32,000 bases of DNA from Candidatus Paracaedimonas acanthamoebae (lineage in GTDB: Bacteria; Pseudomonadota; Alphaproteobacteria; Caedimonadales; Caedimonadaceae). The position numbers were made by a program, and so were the translations under genes. Below are positions 8,725 through 16,876 of this stretch, piece after piece. Position 1 is the first letter of the stretch; every line of letters begins with the position of its first letter. The notes under the pieces were generated by a model. That model did no database searches. It was not told where the DNA came from and saw nothing but the letters and a program-made list of their open reading frames with translations. The DNA is taken from assembly GCA_000743035.1 (NCBI GenBank), contig CP008938.1:1-32000 (forward strand), in the 5' to 3' direction.

Positions 8725-10629
8725 TTAGATTTGACCAGTGGATATTATGCAGAGAAGGTCTCCAAGAGTCATATTGCCTTCAGTGACGGGAACAGAGCTT
8801 GTTCCTGTGAGTGAAAAACCTGGAGGGTTTCCTTTAAGAACTTTAAGAGCTCTATATATCATTGTTAATAATGCGCGAGCTTCTCCATGTGGATCGCCAG
8901 GTTGATTTGAACTTACGCCAGCTACAATTGAGGGATCATAATCTTGTGCCTTATTCCATGCTGTTTGATAACTTGAAGAATTTCCTAAATCAGTATTCAT
9001 AACAGTTGTAATTTTAGCATTAGCTCCATCAAGATCATTCTTTAATACTTGAACCTTCCGTACGATAGGATCAACCCCTGCTGGAAGAAAAGGATTTAAC
9101 TCTGCAAGGCGATCAGCTAGAATGGGATTTGCAGGAAATGGCTGCAATGTACCGACTGACGTTTTAGCTTGAGCAATGACAAGCTCATCGGCATCAAAAT
9201 CATCCTTTAATGCTTGAACCTTTTGCACAATGGGAGCAGGGCCGGGGACCAGAGTATTTACTTCATCCAAACGCTCGGAGAGACTAGGATCTGCGGGAGA
9301 AGGCAAAAGAGTACCGAGAGAATTTTTAGAATCTTGAATCTGAGTATTAAGGGCATTAACGCCTGTAAGGATAACAGCATTACCTACAAGAGCTGAAATG
9401 GTATGCAAACCAGTGGTAAGGTCAGCTGAAGATTGCCCATCTGCAGTTTGCCAAGCATCATTTATTGTATTCTCAGCTTCATCAAGATCATTTTTTACAT
9501 TATCGTATTCATTTTTCAATATTTGAACCTTCCGTACGATAGGATCACCTCCTGCTGGAAGAAAAGGATTTAACTCTGCAAGGCGATCAGCCAAAATGGG
9601 ATCTGCGGGAATTGGCTGCAATGTACCAACCATTGTTTTAGCTTGAGCAATGGCAAGTTCATCGGCATCAAAATCATTCTTTAATGCTTGAACCTTTCGC
9701 ACAATGGGAGCAGCCCCAGGCACTAAAACATTTATTTCATTTAGACGCTCTAAAAGGCTTGGATTGGCAGGCGGTGGTAACAATGTTCCTATGGAGTTCT
9801 TGGCGTTAAGGTTTTCTGTTGTTAATAGTTGAAAATTAATTTGTAGCAAGTCAATACGAGAGTATATATCCCCATTACCGCCTAATTTGGTTTGTAAAGC
9901 TAAAATAGCAGTGCCTAGGTTTCTAGGATTGCTATTTGTATAAAGAATATTAACATATTGATTTGTACGTGTTACAAGATCAAACGCATTGTTCCCAGCA
10001 ATTGCATTTTGTAGGTTTGACAGTGCCGCTAAAATGCTAGTTGTTATAGGCCGATTATCAATTAAATTTTTAAATTGAACTGCTGAGTTCATTAAAGCAG
10101 TATTTCCCCCCATAATTGTCCTTAAATCTATAAGGTCAATTAACATACTTGCACCTTGATCTGCTCTTAGTTTGATAAAGTCTCTTAAGGCCAAGATGTT
10201 ATCTTTTAAACTAAGATTTAAAGGGCCTCCAATCATAGCTTGATTGTGAGTTAAAGCAGTGTTGAGATTATTATTAGAACCTTGATCAAAGCTTGTTGCA
10301 AAATATGCTATTCTCGCATAAAGGCTCCCTGCCCTAGGTACTAATAAAAAAATATTATTTAAAGAAGAATTTATATCAGCAGTCGTGGGACGATTATCTA
10401 ATTGATCTTTAATATATTGAGCTTTAGGAGCATAACCTTCTACTGGGATATCCCCCATTATACGTGCTATTTTCTTAAGTTCGATAAGGGAAGTATCGTC
10501 TGGGTCACAACTTCTTTTGCCAGAAAATAGGTCGGCAATCCCTTGCCCTGTTTCTTCACCTTTAAAAAAGGTAGCAATTGCTGATTGATGAATAAAGAAT
10601 AATAAAGAAACAAGTAATAATTGACGCAA
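8725..10629 (-). CDS. Secreted repeat protein of unknown function (634 aa)
   Basis: Signal peptide MRQLLLVSLLFFIHQSAIA. Contains four copies of a roughly 48-54 aa unit GTLxPxPAxPxLxxRLxExNxxxPxxxxPIVxKVQxLKxxxD. I recognise no enzymatic motif. Confidence 0.8.
   Translation of the reverse strand: MRQLLLVSLLFFIHQSAIATFFKGEETGQGIADLFSGKRSCDPDDTSLIELKKIARIMGDIPVEGYAPKAQYIKDQLDNRPTTADINSSLNNIFLLVPRAGSLYARIAYFATSFDQGSNNNLNTALTHNQAMIGGPLNLSLKDNILALRDFIKLRADQGASMLIDLIDLRTIMGGNTALMNSAVQFKNLIDNRPITTSILAALSNLQNAIAGNNAFDLVTRTNQYVNILYTNSNPRNLGTAILALQTKLGGNGDIYSRIDLLQINFQLLTTENLNAKNSIGTLLPPPANPSLLERLNEINVLVPGAAPIVRKVQALKNDFDADELAIAQAKTMVGTLQPIPADPILADRLAELNPFLPAGGDPIVRKVQILKNEYDNVKNDLDEAENTINDAWQTADGQSSADLTTGLHTISALVGNAVILTGVNALNTQIQDSKNSLGTLLPSPADPSLSERLDEVNTLVPGPAPIVQKVQALKDDFDADELVIAQAKTSVGTLQPFPANPILADRLAELNPFLPAGVDPIVRKVQVLKNDLDGANAKITTVMNTDLGNSSSYQTAWNKAQDYDPSIVAGVSSNQPGDPHGEARALLTMIYRALKVLKGNPPGFSLTGTSSVPVTEGNMTLGDLLCIISTGQI
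9025..9789 (-). repeat. Intragenic direct repeat: two copies of about 285 bp with a 474-bp period, each made of two sub-units
   Basis: The stretch starting TTGAACCTTCCGTACGATAGGATCA near 9047 recurs near 9521, and roughly 85-90 percent identity by eye continues for about 285 bp. This corresponds to a 158-aa period in the protein. Confidence 0.8.
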
Positions 10630-10934
10630 TTTATCTCTCCCCGTAAGTTGCGAGCGTTTGAAATTAACAATTTTTATTAATGTTGTCTAGGTTGCTATAA
10701 ATTTTTCTTAACAGGAAAGAATTTATTGATGAAATAATGAAATCTAGCCTAGTAGCCGTAAGCCTTTTCCATATCTAATATGGATAACATCCAACTCCAG
10801 CTTAGTTCCAAGAAGAAACAATTTAAAAAGTCTTATATTCAGCGGAATATGTCACAATACAATAAAAAGCAATATTCGAAGGTTTCATTAAAAATAGGTG
10901 TAATTTATACTCCTCTTTGCGCACCATCAAAAAA

Positions 10935-12083
10935 TTAGATTTTCCCTGATCTTTTCAGTAATATACTTGCCTTATAGCATTTCATGCATCCTACCCCTCT
11001 TAATGCTCTAGGCGAAATTCTAGCTTCCCATTCATGCCCTTTATTGCATTTCCACCATACTTTTTTCTGAGTTCCAATAATCACATCAGAAGGCGTTAAA
11101 TTGCTATTTTTTATAGGATGCCACTCTTTAGCTAACTCAGGCTTCATGACAGCAAGGTTATTGTCTTCTCCTACCTTTTGATTGGTACATTCAGGACATC
11201 CCCTTCCTTTAGCTCTATTGCTAATAAAAGCTTGCCATTCATGACCATTTTCACATATCCACCAAGCTCTTTTACTTGTATTTAAAGAAACATTTTCTAG
11301 ATTAAATAAACCATTCTTGATTGGATGCCACTCTTTATAAAGATATTGAGGGAAGGTGTTATTGCCTTTTTTCTGTGGGCCAGTTTTACCGACATTTACT
11401 AAATTTCTTATTCGAGGAAAACATGTGGGACATCTTGCCCCTCTATTTTTATTTGAAACACTTGTGCGCCATTCATGGCCTTTATCGCATTTCCAAGCTA
11501 CTTTCTTATTACTTCCAGGTGTTACCTCGTTTGGTGTTAGGCTACCATTTCCTTCTTGATCCCATTCTGCAATTAAATTCGGCCTTAAAACTGCCAGGTT
11601 ATTATCTTTCCCGGCCTTTTGATTTGAACATTCAGGACACCCATTACCTCTTGTTCTTACATATACTTGTGCTTCCCACTCATGTCCTTTTTCACATATC
11701 CACCAAACTTTTTTATTACTTCCAGGACTTATCTCATCAGAAGTTAAGCCTTTATTTTTGGTTCGGTGCCACTCTTTATCTAGATCTGGCCTCAAATAAA
11801 AAAGATTATATATTTCCGTTGCGCATCGTGGAGAGTAACACATATGACAAATCTGATAGTGGGCTCTATTTTCTATCGTTTCATACCAAAAATGACCTTT
11901 TTCACACTTCCATTTACCAACAATATCTTTATTCTCAGCAGGGTTCTCAGGAAATGGCTGTGAATTTTCAATTGGGTCCCATTGATTTTTAATCAAATGA
12001 TATCGATCACCGTCTTGGTGATGTGTTTCTTCTATAGTTTTTGAAAAAATCTTCTTCAGTTTATTTTTTAACACAGCTTCCAT
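10935..12083 (-). CDS. Zinc-ribbon array protein, 382 aa, 5 units (paralogue)
   Basis: Same N-terminal module and ribbon units as the 730-aa and 587-aa proteins. The first ribbon is degenerate (CHMCY instead of CPMCH). The C-terminus is basic (LLKRSGKI). Confidence 0.85.
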   Translation of the reverse strand: MEAVLKNKLKKIFSKTIEETHHQDGDRYHLIKNQWDPIENSQPFPENPAENKDIVGKWKCEKGHFWYETIENRAHYQICHMCYSPRCATEIYNLFYLRPDLDKEWHRTKNKGLTSDEISPGSNKKVWWICEKGHEWEAQVYVRTRGNGCPECSNQKAGKDNNLAVLRPNLIAEWDQEGNGSLTPNEVTPGSNKKVAWKCDKGHEWRTSVSNKNRGARCPTCFPRIRNLVNVGKTGPQKKGNNTFPQYLYKEWHPIKNGLFNLENVSLNTSKRAWWICENGHEWQAFISNRAKGRGCPECTNQKVGEDNNLAVMKPELAKEWHPIKNSNLTPSDVIIGTQKKVWWKCNKGHEWEARISPRALRGVGCMKCYKASILLKRSGKI

Positions 12084-12112
12084 TCCTCACTATAAAGCTC
12101 CTCACCATAAAA

Positions 12113-12319
12113 CTAGATCTTTCCTGATTTTTTCAATAATGTACTCGCCTGATAGCATTTAAGACATCCTACTGCACTTAGTGCTCTATATGAGATCATA
12201 GCTTCCCACTCATGGTCTTTATGGCACCTCCACCACACTTTCTGATCACTCCCAGGAACGACATCAAAAGGCATTAATTCACCATTCTTTATAGGATGCC
12301 ATTGTCCGCTTCATTTTCA
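12113..12319 (-). pseudogene. Severed terminal zinc-ribbon unit and basic tail of the 587-aa gene, in frame but cut off by three stop codons
   Basis: Reading on from the TAA at 12320-12322 in the same frame gives TAA TGA AAA TGA, then SGQWHPIKNGELMPFDVVPGSDQKVWWRCHKDHEWEAMISYRALSAVGCLKCYQASTLLKKSGKI and a stop. This matches the last unit and tail of the 382-aa paralogue. Confidence 0.75.
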
Positions 12320-14083
12320 TTATAGAAGATTATTGCCTTTGCCTGCTTTCCTATTAGAACATTGAGGACAACCTTTACTTCTCGTCCTTACAGATACTTT
12401 TTCTTCCCACACATGGTCTTTATGGCATTTCCACCATACTCTCTTATGACTCCCAAAAACCACATCTAAAGCCGTTAACTCACCATTCTTTATAGGATGC
12501 CATTCATCAGCTAGCTCAGGCTTTATTACAGCAAGGTTATTATCTTTGCCGGTTTTTTTATTAGAACATTCAGGACATCCCCTTCCTTTAGATCTACTAT
12601 AAATCAAAGCTTCCCATTCATGCCCTTTATTGCATTTCCACCATACTTTCTTATGACTTCCAGGACCAACCTCAAAAGGCGTTAACTCATTATTCTTTGT
12701 AGGATGCCATTCATTAACTAACTCAGGCTTTATTACAGCAAGGTTATTGTCTTTTCCAACCTTTTGATTTACACATTCAGGACACCTTTGTCCTATAGAT
12801 CTATTATAAATCAAAGCTTCCCACTCATGGTCTTTATGGCATTTCCACCACACTTTCTGACCACTCCCAGGAACAACTTCAAAAGGCGTTAACTCACCAT
12901 TCTTTGTAGGATGCCATTCATCAGCTAAATTAGGCTTCATGACAGCAAGGTTATTGTCTTTTCCGGCCTTTTGATTGACACATTCAGGACACCCTTTTCC
13001 TGTAGATCTATTACTAATCAAAGTTTCCCACTCATGGTCTTTATGGCATTTCCACCACACTTTCTGACTACTCCCAGGAACAACTTCAAAAGGCGTTAAC
13101 TCACCATTCTTTGTAGGATGCCATTCATCAGCTAAATCAGGTTTCATGACAGCAAGGTTATTATCTATGCCGACCTTATGATTGGTACACTCAGGACATC
13201 CATGTCCTTTAGATCTAGTACTAATCAAAGCTTTCCACTCATGGCCTTTTTCACATCTCCACCAACCTCTTTTATTCGAAAATAAAGAAATATTCTCAAG
13301 ATTAAATAAACCGTTCTTGATGGGATGCCACTCCTTATACAGATAATGAGGGAGTGTATTATAACCTTTTTTCTTTGGAACAATTTTACCGACATTTGAT
13401 GTATTTTTTGTTCGAGGAAAACATGTGGGACATCTTGATCCTCTATTCTTATGTGAAACACTTGTACGCCATTTATGTCCTTTTTTGCACTTCCAAGAAA
13501 CTTTCCTATTGCTGCCAATAGTGACATCATTTGGCGTTAATTTTCCATTTTCTTCTGGATCCCAGTCTACCAATAAATCAGGTCTTAAAACTGCTAGGTT
13601 ATTATCTTTCCCGACCTTTTGATTTACACACTCAGGACAACCATTACCTCTTGTCCTTGGAGATACTTGTGCTTCCCACTCATGTCCTTTTGCACATTTC
13701 CACCATACTTTTTTATTACTTCCAGGTGTTACTTCATCAGAAGTTAATCCTCTATTCTTGGTCGGGTGCCACTCTTTATCTAAGTCTGGCCGTAAATAAA
13801 AAAGATTATATACTTCTGTGGCTCGTCTTGGAGAATGGCACATAGGGCAAACTTGGTAATGGGCTCTGTTCTCTATCGTTTCATACCAAAAGTGACCTTT
13901 TTCGCACTTCCATTTACCAACAATATCTTTATTTTTAGCAGGGTTCTCAGGAAATGGCTGTGAATTTTCAATTGGGTCCCATTGATTTCTAATTGAATCG
14001 TATATGTCAACTATTTGATGGGTTGAATTATCTATTGTTTTTGAAAAAATCTTCTTTAGTTTATTTTTTAACAAAGTTTTCAT
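12320..14083 (-). CDS. Zinc-ribbon array protein, 587 aa, 8 intact units (paralogue, 3'-truncated)
   Basis: The first roughly 880 bp are colinear with the 382-aa gene at an offset of exactly 2000 nt (for example, identical 40-mers at 11941-11980 and 13941-13980). It ends GKGNNLL inside the inter-unit linker. Confidence 0.85.
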   Translation of the reverse strand: MKTLLKNKLKKIFSKTIDNSTHQIVDIYDSIRNQWDPIENSQPFPENPAKNKDIVGKWKCEKGHFWYETIENRAHYQVCPMCHSPRRATEVYNLFYLRPDLDKEWHPTKNRGLTSDEVTPGSNKKVWWKCAKGHEWEAQVSPRTRGNGCPECVNQKVGKDNNLAVLRPDLLVDWDPEENGKLTPNDVTIGSNRKVSWKCKKGHKWRTSVSHKNRGSRCPTCFPRTKNTSNVGKIVPKKKGYNTLPHYLYKEWHPIKNGLFNLENISLFSNKRGWWRCEKGHEWKALISTRSKGHGCPECTNHKVGIDNNLAVMKPDLADEWHPTKNGELTPFEVVPGSSQKVWWKCHKDHEWETLISNRSTGKGCPECVNQKAGKDNNLAVMKPNLADEWHPTKNGELTPFEVVPGSGQKVWWKCHKDHEWEALIYNRSIGQRCPECVNQKVGKDNNLAVIKPELVNEWHPTKNNELTPFEVGPGSHKKVWWKCNKGHEWEALIYSRSKGRGCPECSNKKTGKDNNLAVIKPELADEWHPIKNGELTALDVVFGSHKRVWWKCHKDHVWEEKVSVRTRSKGCPQCSNRKAGKGNNLL

Positions 14084-14152
14084 TCCTTAACATAATAAAC
14101 TCAATGTTTTGCTCCTCAGTTTTTCTAAACTGCATACGTAAACGGACATAGT

Positions 14153-14338
14153 GTTAAAACAATAATGCTTGTAGTACTTTAAGATCCTTTCTTCATTATT
14201 ATGCTTTCCAAGAGTACTTGCAAAATAACCATCTGACCTGAGCCCCCTACTCCATAATTTTTTTCATCTGTGGAACACAACCATAATATCTTCTAAGCCG
14301 CTAAGCTTTTTATGCTCATAATTATTTTTCTTACATCG
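14153..14338 (-). pseudogene. Possible IS200/IS605-family (Y1) transposase TnpA C-terminal remnant
   Basis: The minus-strand translation ...VFHR*KKLWSRGLRSDGYFASTLGKHNNEERILKYYKHYCF* resembles the conserved TnpA C-terminus (xLWSRGYFxSTVGxxxEExIxxYIxxQ). It has an internal stop and a small insertion, and no N-terminal part is present. Confidence 0.35.
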
Positions 14339-14481
14339 CAACTAGGAATAACTTAAACAAGAAAATAAATATGATTATTTTATAATACATCAGCTATGTT
14401 TGCGACACTTACTTGCTATTCTCTATTCTACTACCCCCTAATTCATGATAAGGTTTGTTACTTTAATGAAAAGGACAAATG

Positions 14482-14754
14482 ATGAATAAATCTGAGCTTA
14501 TTAATGAAATTGCAAAAGTAGTTGCTTCAAAACAAGAAGCTGAGCAAGCTTTCAATGCTATCTTTGAGTCTATTAAACAGGCGCTTGCAAAAGGAGAGGA
14601 AGTTCGTCTCACAGGATTTGGAAGTTTCAAAGTAAACGGAAGAGCTGCTCGCACAGGCAGAAACCCAAGAACGGGTGATGAGATAAAGATTGCTGCAAGT
14701 AAGGTTCCATCCTTTAGGCCAGGCAAAGAGCTCAAGGACGCTGTTAACAAATAA
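14482..14754 (+). CDS. hup: Histone-like DNA-binding protein HU (90 aa; an alternative ATG lies at 14479)
   Basis: [11 protein letters not shown]...[48 protein letters not shown] is a canonical HU/IHF-fold sequence. The AAGGA is better spaced for the ATG at 14482. Confidence 0.92.
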   Translation: MNKSELINEIAKVVASKQEAEQAFNAIFESIKQALAKGEEVRLTGFGSFKVNGRAARTGRNPRTGDEIKIAASKVPSFRPGKELKDAVNK

Positions 14755-14771
14755 CAGCTCAAGCTATCAGT

Positions 14772-14808
14772 TAAGGGATGAGGTTTTCACGTTAGCTTTC
14801 ATCCCTTA
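14772..14808. terminator. Hairpin between convergent hup and ssb, a candidate bidirectional terminator
   Basis: TAAGGGATGA (14772-14781) pairs with TCATCCCTTA (14799-14808), giving a 10-bp perfect stem and a 17-nt loop. There is no strong U-tract. Confidence 0.45.
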
Positions 14809-14841
14809 GCTGACCTTGTATCAAGGCCCCTTCCCTACTTC

Positions 14842-15291
14842 TTAAAAGGGAAAGTCACTTAAAGAACTGTTAGATGAATTTTCAGTCGGATTTACTGCAC
14901 TCATATAGCCTAATGTTGGGCTTGGGTTTTCAGTTTCAGAACGACCATCAAGCATTGTAAGCTCTCCTTTAAACTTGGGAAGAACTATTTCTGTTGTATA
15001 TCTTTCTTGTCCTGCTTGATCAGTCCACTTTCTCGTTTGGAGTTGACCTTCTACATAAACCTTAGCTCCTTTACGAAGATATTTTTCACAGACATCAGAA
15101 ATATTAGGGTTAAAGACCACAACTCGATGCCATTCTGTTCTGTCTTGTCGTTCTCCTGTTACCTTGTTTCTCCATGATTCTGAAGTGGCAACAGATAATT
15201 GAGCTATCTTTGTCCCATCTTGAGCCATTCGGATTTCTGGATCTTTTCCTAAATTCCCAACCAAAACTACCTTATTTACTGATCCTGACAT
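14842..15291 (-). CDS. ssb: Single-stranded DNA-binding protein (149 aa)
   Basis: OB-fold N-terminus VNKVVLVGNLGKDPEIR...TEWHRVVVF...LRKGAKVYVEGQLQTRKW and the canonical acidic C-terminal tip DFPF. Confidence 0.92.
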   Translation of the reverse strand: MSGSVNKVVLVGNLGKDPEIRMAQDGTKIAQLSVATSESWRNKVTGERQDRTEWHRVVVFNPNISDVCEKYLRKGAKVYVEGQLQTRKWTDQAGQERYTTEIVLPKFKGELTMLDGRSETENPSPTLGYMSAVNPTENSSNSSLSDFPF

Positions 15292-15374
15292 AATTGACCT
15301 CTATATATTGATACTATATTACTAATAATACTTAATTACCATATTACCATATTTTTATATTTACAAGAATTAAT

Positions 15375-15502
15375 GTTACCCTGTTACCCTGTTACCCTGT
15401 TACCCTGTTACCCTGTTACCCTGTTACCCTGTTACCCTGTTACCCTGTTACCCTGTTACCCTGTTACCCTGTTACCCTGTTACCCTGTTACCCTGTTACC
15501 CT
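15375..15502. repeat. Perfect tandem array of 16 x GTTACCCT (128 bp), a candidate partition centromere or iteron array
   Basis: Counted directly, with no mismatch in any unit. Two degenerate units (TTACCATA x2) sit at 15336-15351. The array lies in the ssb-parA divergent intergenic region, 200 bp upstream of parA. Confidence 0.9.
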
Positions 15503-15702
15503 AAAAGGGTCTAATTAAAATTGAAAATGTCAATCAAGACCTACAGTTATTTCAAAAAAATTATTTGATAATATTATATTCTTAGGATACTAAGTTATTA
15601 AGAAACTAATAATACAGTAACATAATAAGTATGCATGACTCATATTATTAATAATATTTATATTATTTAAGTCATTGTTAATTATATATTTTGGAGATTA
15701 AT

Positions 15703-16455
15703 TTGTCGAAAATTTTTGCAATTAGTAATCACAAAGGAGGGGTAGGAAAAACAACCTCTACGGTGAATCTGGGGGCTGCTTTAGCTTTAAAAGGAAAAAA
15801 AACGCTTTTAGTAGATTTAGATCCTCAAGCAAATCTTACTCAAAGCTTAGGCATAAAAAATATTGAAATAAGTATATATGAAAATCTTACAGGTGGTAAA
15901 GCCGCTGTCCCTATTGAAGTTAAAAAGAATATGTATATTATTCCATCTTCTTTAGATTTATCTGCTGCAGAAATCGAAATGAGTGCAGAGCCAGGCCGAG
16001 AATACATCCTTAAAGATGTTCTTTCGCAGCTGAAACAAAAATATGATTATATCTTGATAGATTGTCCACCATCATTAGGACTTTTAACTATTAATGCTCT
16101 TACTGCCGCTGATTCAGTACTTATACCATTACAAGCTGAGTATTTACCTCTCCGCGGTTTAGCAAAACTTACTGATGTGATAGGAAAAATCAAAAGCAGA
16201 TTAAATCCAACCCTTGATATTGGATGTGTCTTTCTTACACAGTATGATCCGAGAAAGGTTTTAAACAGAGACATTGCTGAAAATGTTAAAGAGTTTTTTG
16301 GTGAAAAACTTCTTAATACAAAAATTTCAAGCAATATTGCACTTGCTGAGGCTCCAAGTGTAGGAAAAGATATATTTTTATACAATAAAAGTTGCAAAGG
16401 AGCCTTAGATTATAATGACCTATGCGATGAATTGATTAAGATGAAGGTAGCGTAA
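15703..16455 (+). CDS. parA: ParA/Soj-family partition ATPase, small type Ib (250 aa from TTG 15703; the ORF track starts at TTG 15691)
   Basis: Deviant Walker A NHKGGVGKTT and Walker B ILIDCPPSLG, with no N-terminal HTH extension. A GGAG at 15693-15696 lies 6 nt before the TTG at 15703. Confidence 0.9.
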   Translation: MSKIFAISNHKGGVGKTTSTVNLGAALALKGKKTLLVDLDPQANLTQSLGIKNIEISIYENLTGGKAAVPIEVKKNMYIIPSSLDLSAAEIEMSAEPGREYILKDVLSQLKQKYDYILIDCPPSLGLLTINALTAADSVLIPLQAEYLPLRGLAKLTDVIGKIKSRLNPTLDIGCVFLTQYDPRKVLNRDIAENVKEFFGEKLLNTKISSNIALAEAPSVGKDIFLYNKSCKGALDYNDLCDELIKMKVA

Positions 16456-16456
16456 T

Positions 16457-16738
16457 ATGGCAAAAAAAAATTTTAGAGGGGGCTTTGATTCATTAATTAG
16501 TAGCACCGAGCATAGCAGAGAAGAAAATGCTCAGCATTTAAGTCTTTCAAAACATGAAAAAAGAGCAACTTTTATTATTCAAAATGATCATTTAGAAAAG
16601 ATTAAAGCAATTTCTTATTGGGAACGTAAAATGATTAAAGATGTGCTTTCAGATGCACTTGATCAATATCTTTCTACTTATGAAAAAGCTCATGGTAAAA
16701 TCCTTCTTCCCGAGTTGAAACATAAAACTCAAATGTAA
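16457..16738 (+). CDS. Putative centromere-binding partition protein, ParG-like ribbon-helix-helix (93 aa)
   Basis: Starts 1 nt after the parA stop. It has a disordered-looking N-terminus followed by a beta-strand plus two-helix pattern (ATFIIQNDHLEKIKAISYWERKMIKDVLSDALDQYL). The call rests on position and predicted fold only. Confidence 0.55.
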   Translation: MAKKNFRGGFDSLISSTEHSREENAQHLSLSKHEKRATFIIQNDHLEKIKAISYWERKMIKDVLSDALDQYLSTYEKAHGKILLPELKHKTQM

Positions 16739-16787
16739 TAATTTTATATAATATAATTCCTTAATACCCAACCACTGGCCATAAAAT

Positions 16788-16847
16788 AATACCAAGTATT
16801 TTTTCATAATATTTGGTATTGACAATGCGGTTTTCTGTATTTAAATT
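16788..16847 (+). promoter_or_regulatory. Promoter (TTGACA, 17 nt, TAAATT) overlapped by a 13-bp inverted repeat, a candidate operator
   Basis: The -35 TTGACA is at 16819-16824 and the -10 TAAATT at 16842-16847. The inverted repeat is AATACCAAGTATT (16788-16800) and AATATTTGGTATT (16808-16820), with 1 mismatch and a 7-nt spacer, 30 nt upstream of the small RHH ORF. Confidence 0.5.
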
Positions 16848-16876
16848 TAAACTAATTTAATAATTAAGAGATCTCT

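Noticed and set aside
10760-10790. A DnaA-box-like sequence (ATGGATAAC) in the 10630-10934 intergenic region
   Set aside because: It is a single imperfect match to TTATCCACA in AT-rich DNA, with no cluster and no adjacent AT-rich unwinding repeats, so it is likely chance.
11321-13845. Plus-strand ORFs 11321-11992, 11356-11559, 13425-13622 and 13531-13845, and the same-strand alternate-frame ORF 13225-13530
   Set aside because: Same reasoning: these are shadow or alternate frames inside the zinc-ribbon paralogues, with no independent coding signal.
14463-14762. A 99-aa minus-strand ORF covering the whole hup gene
   Set aside because: It is antisense to a canonical HU sequence and is a frame artefact.
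15375-15502. The octamer array as a CRISPR locus or a telomere-type repeat
   Set aside because: The units are contiguous 8-mers with no spacers, and no cas genes are present, so it is not CRISPR. The array is internal, between ssb and parA, rather than at a DNA end. The G-strand unit (GGGTAACA) only superficially resembles eukaryotic telomere repeats. A partition or iteron role fits the context better.
16047-16397. A 116-aa minus-strand ORF inside parA
   Set aside because: It is antisense to a ParA with intact Walker motifs and has no independent support.
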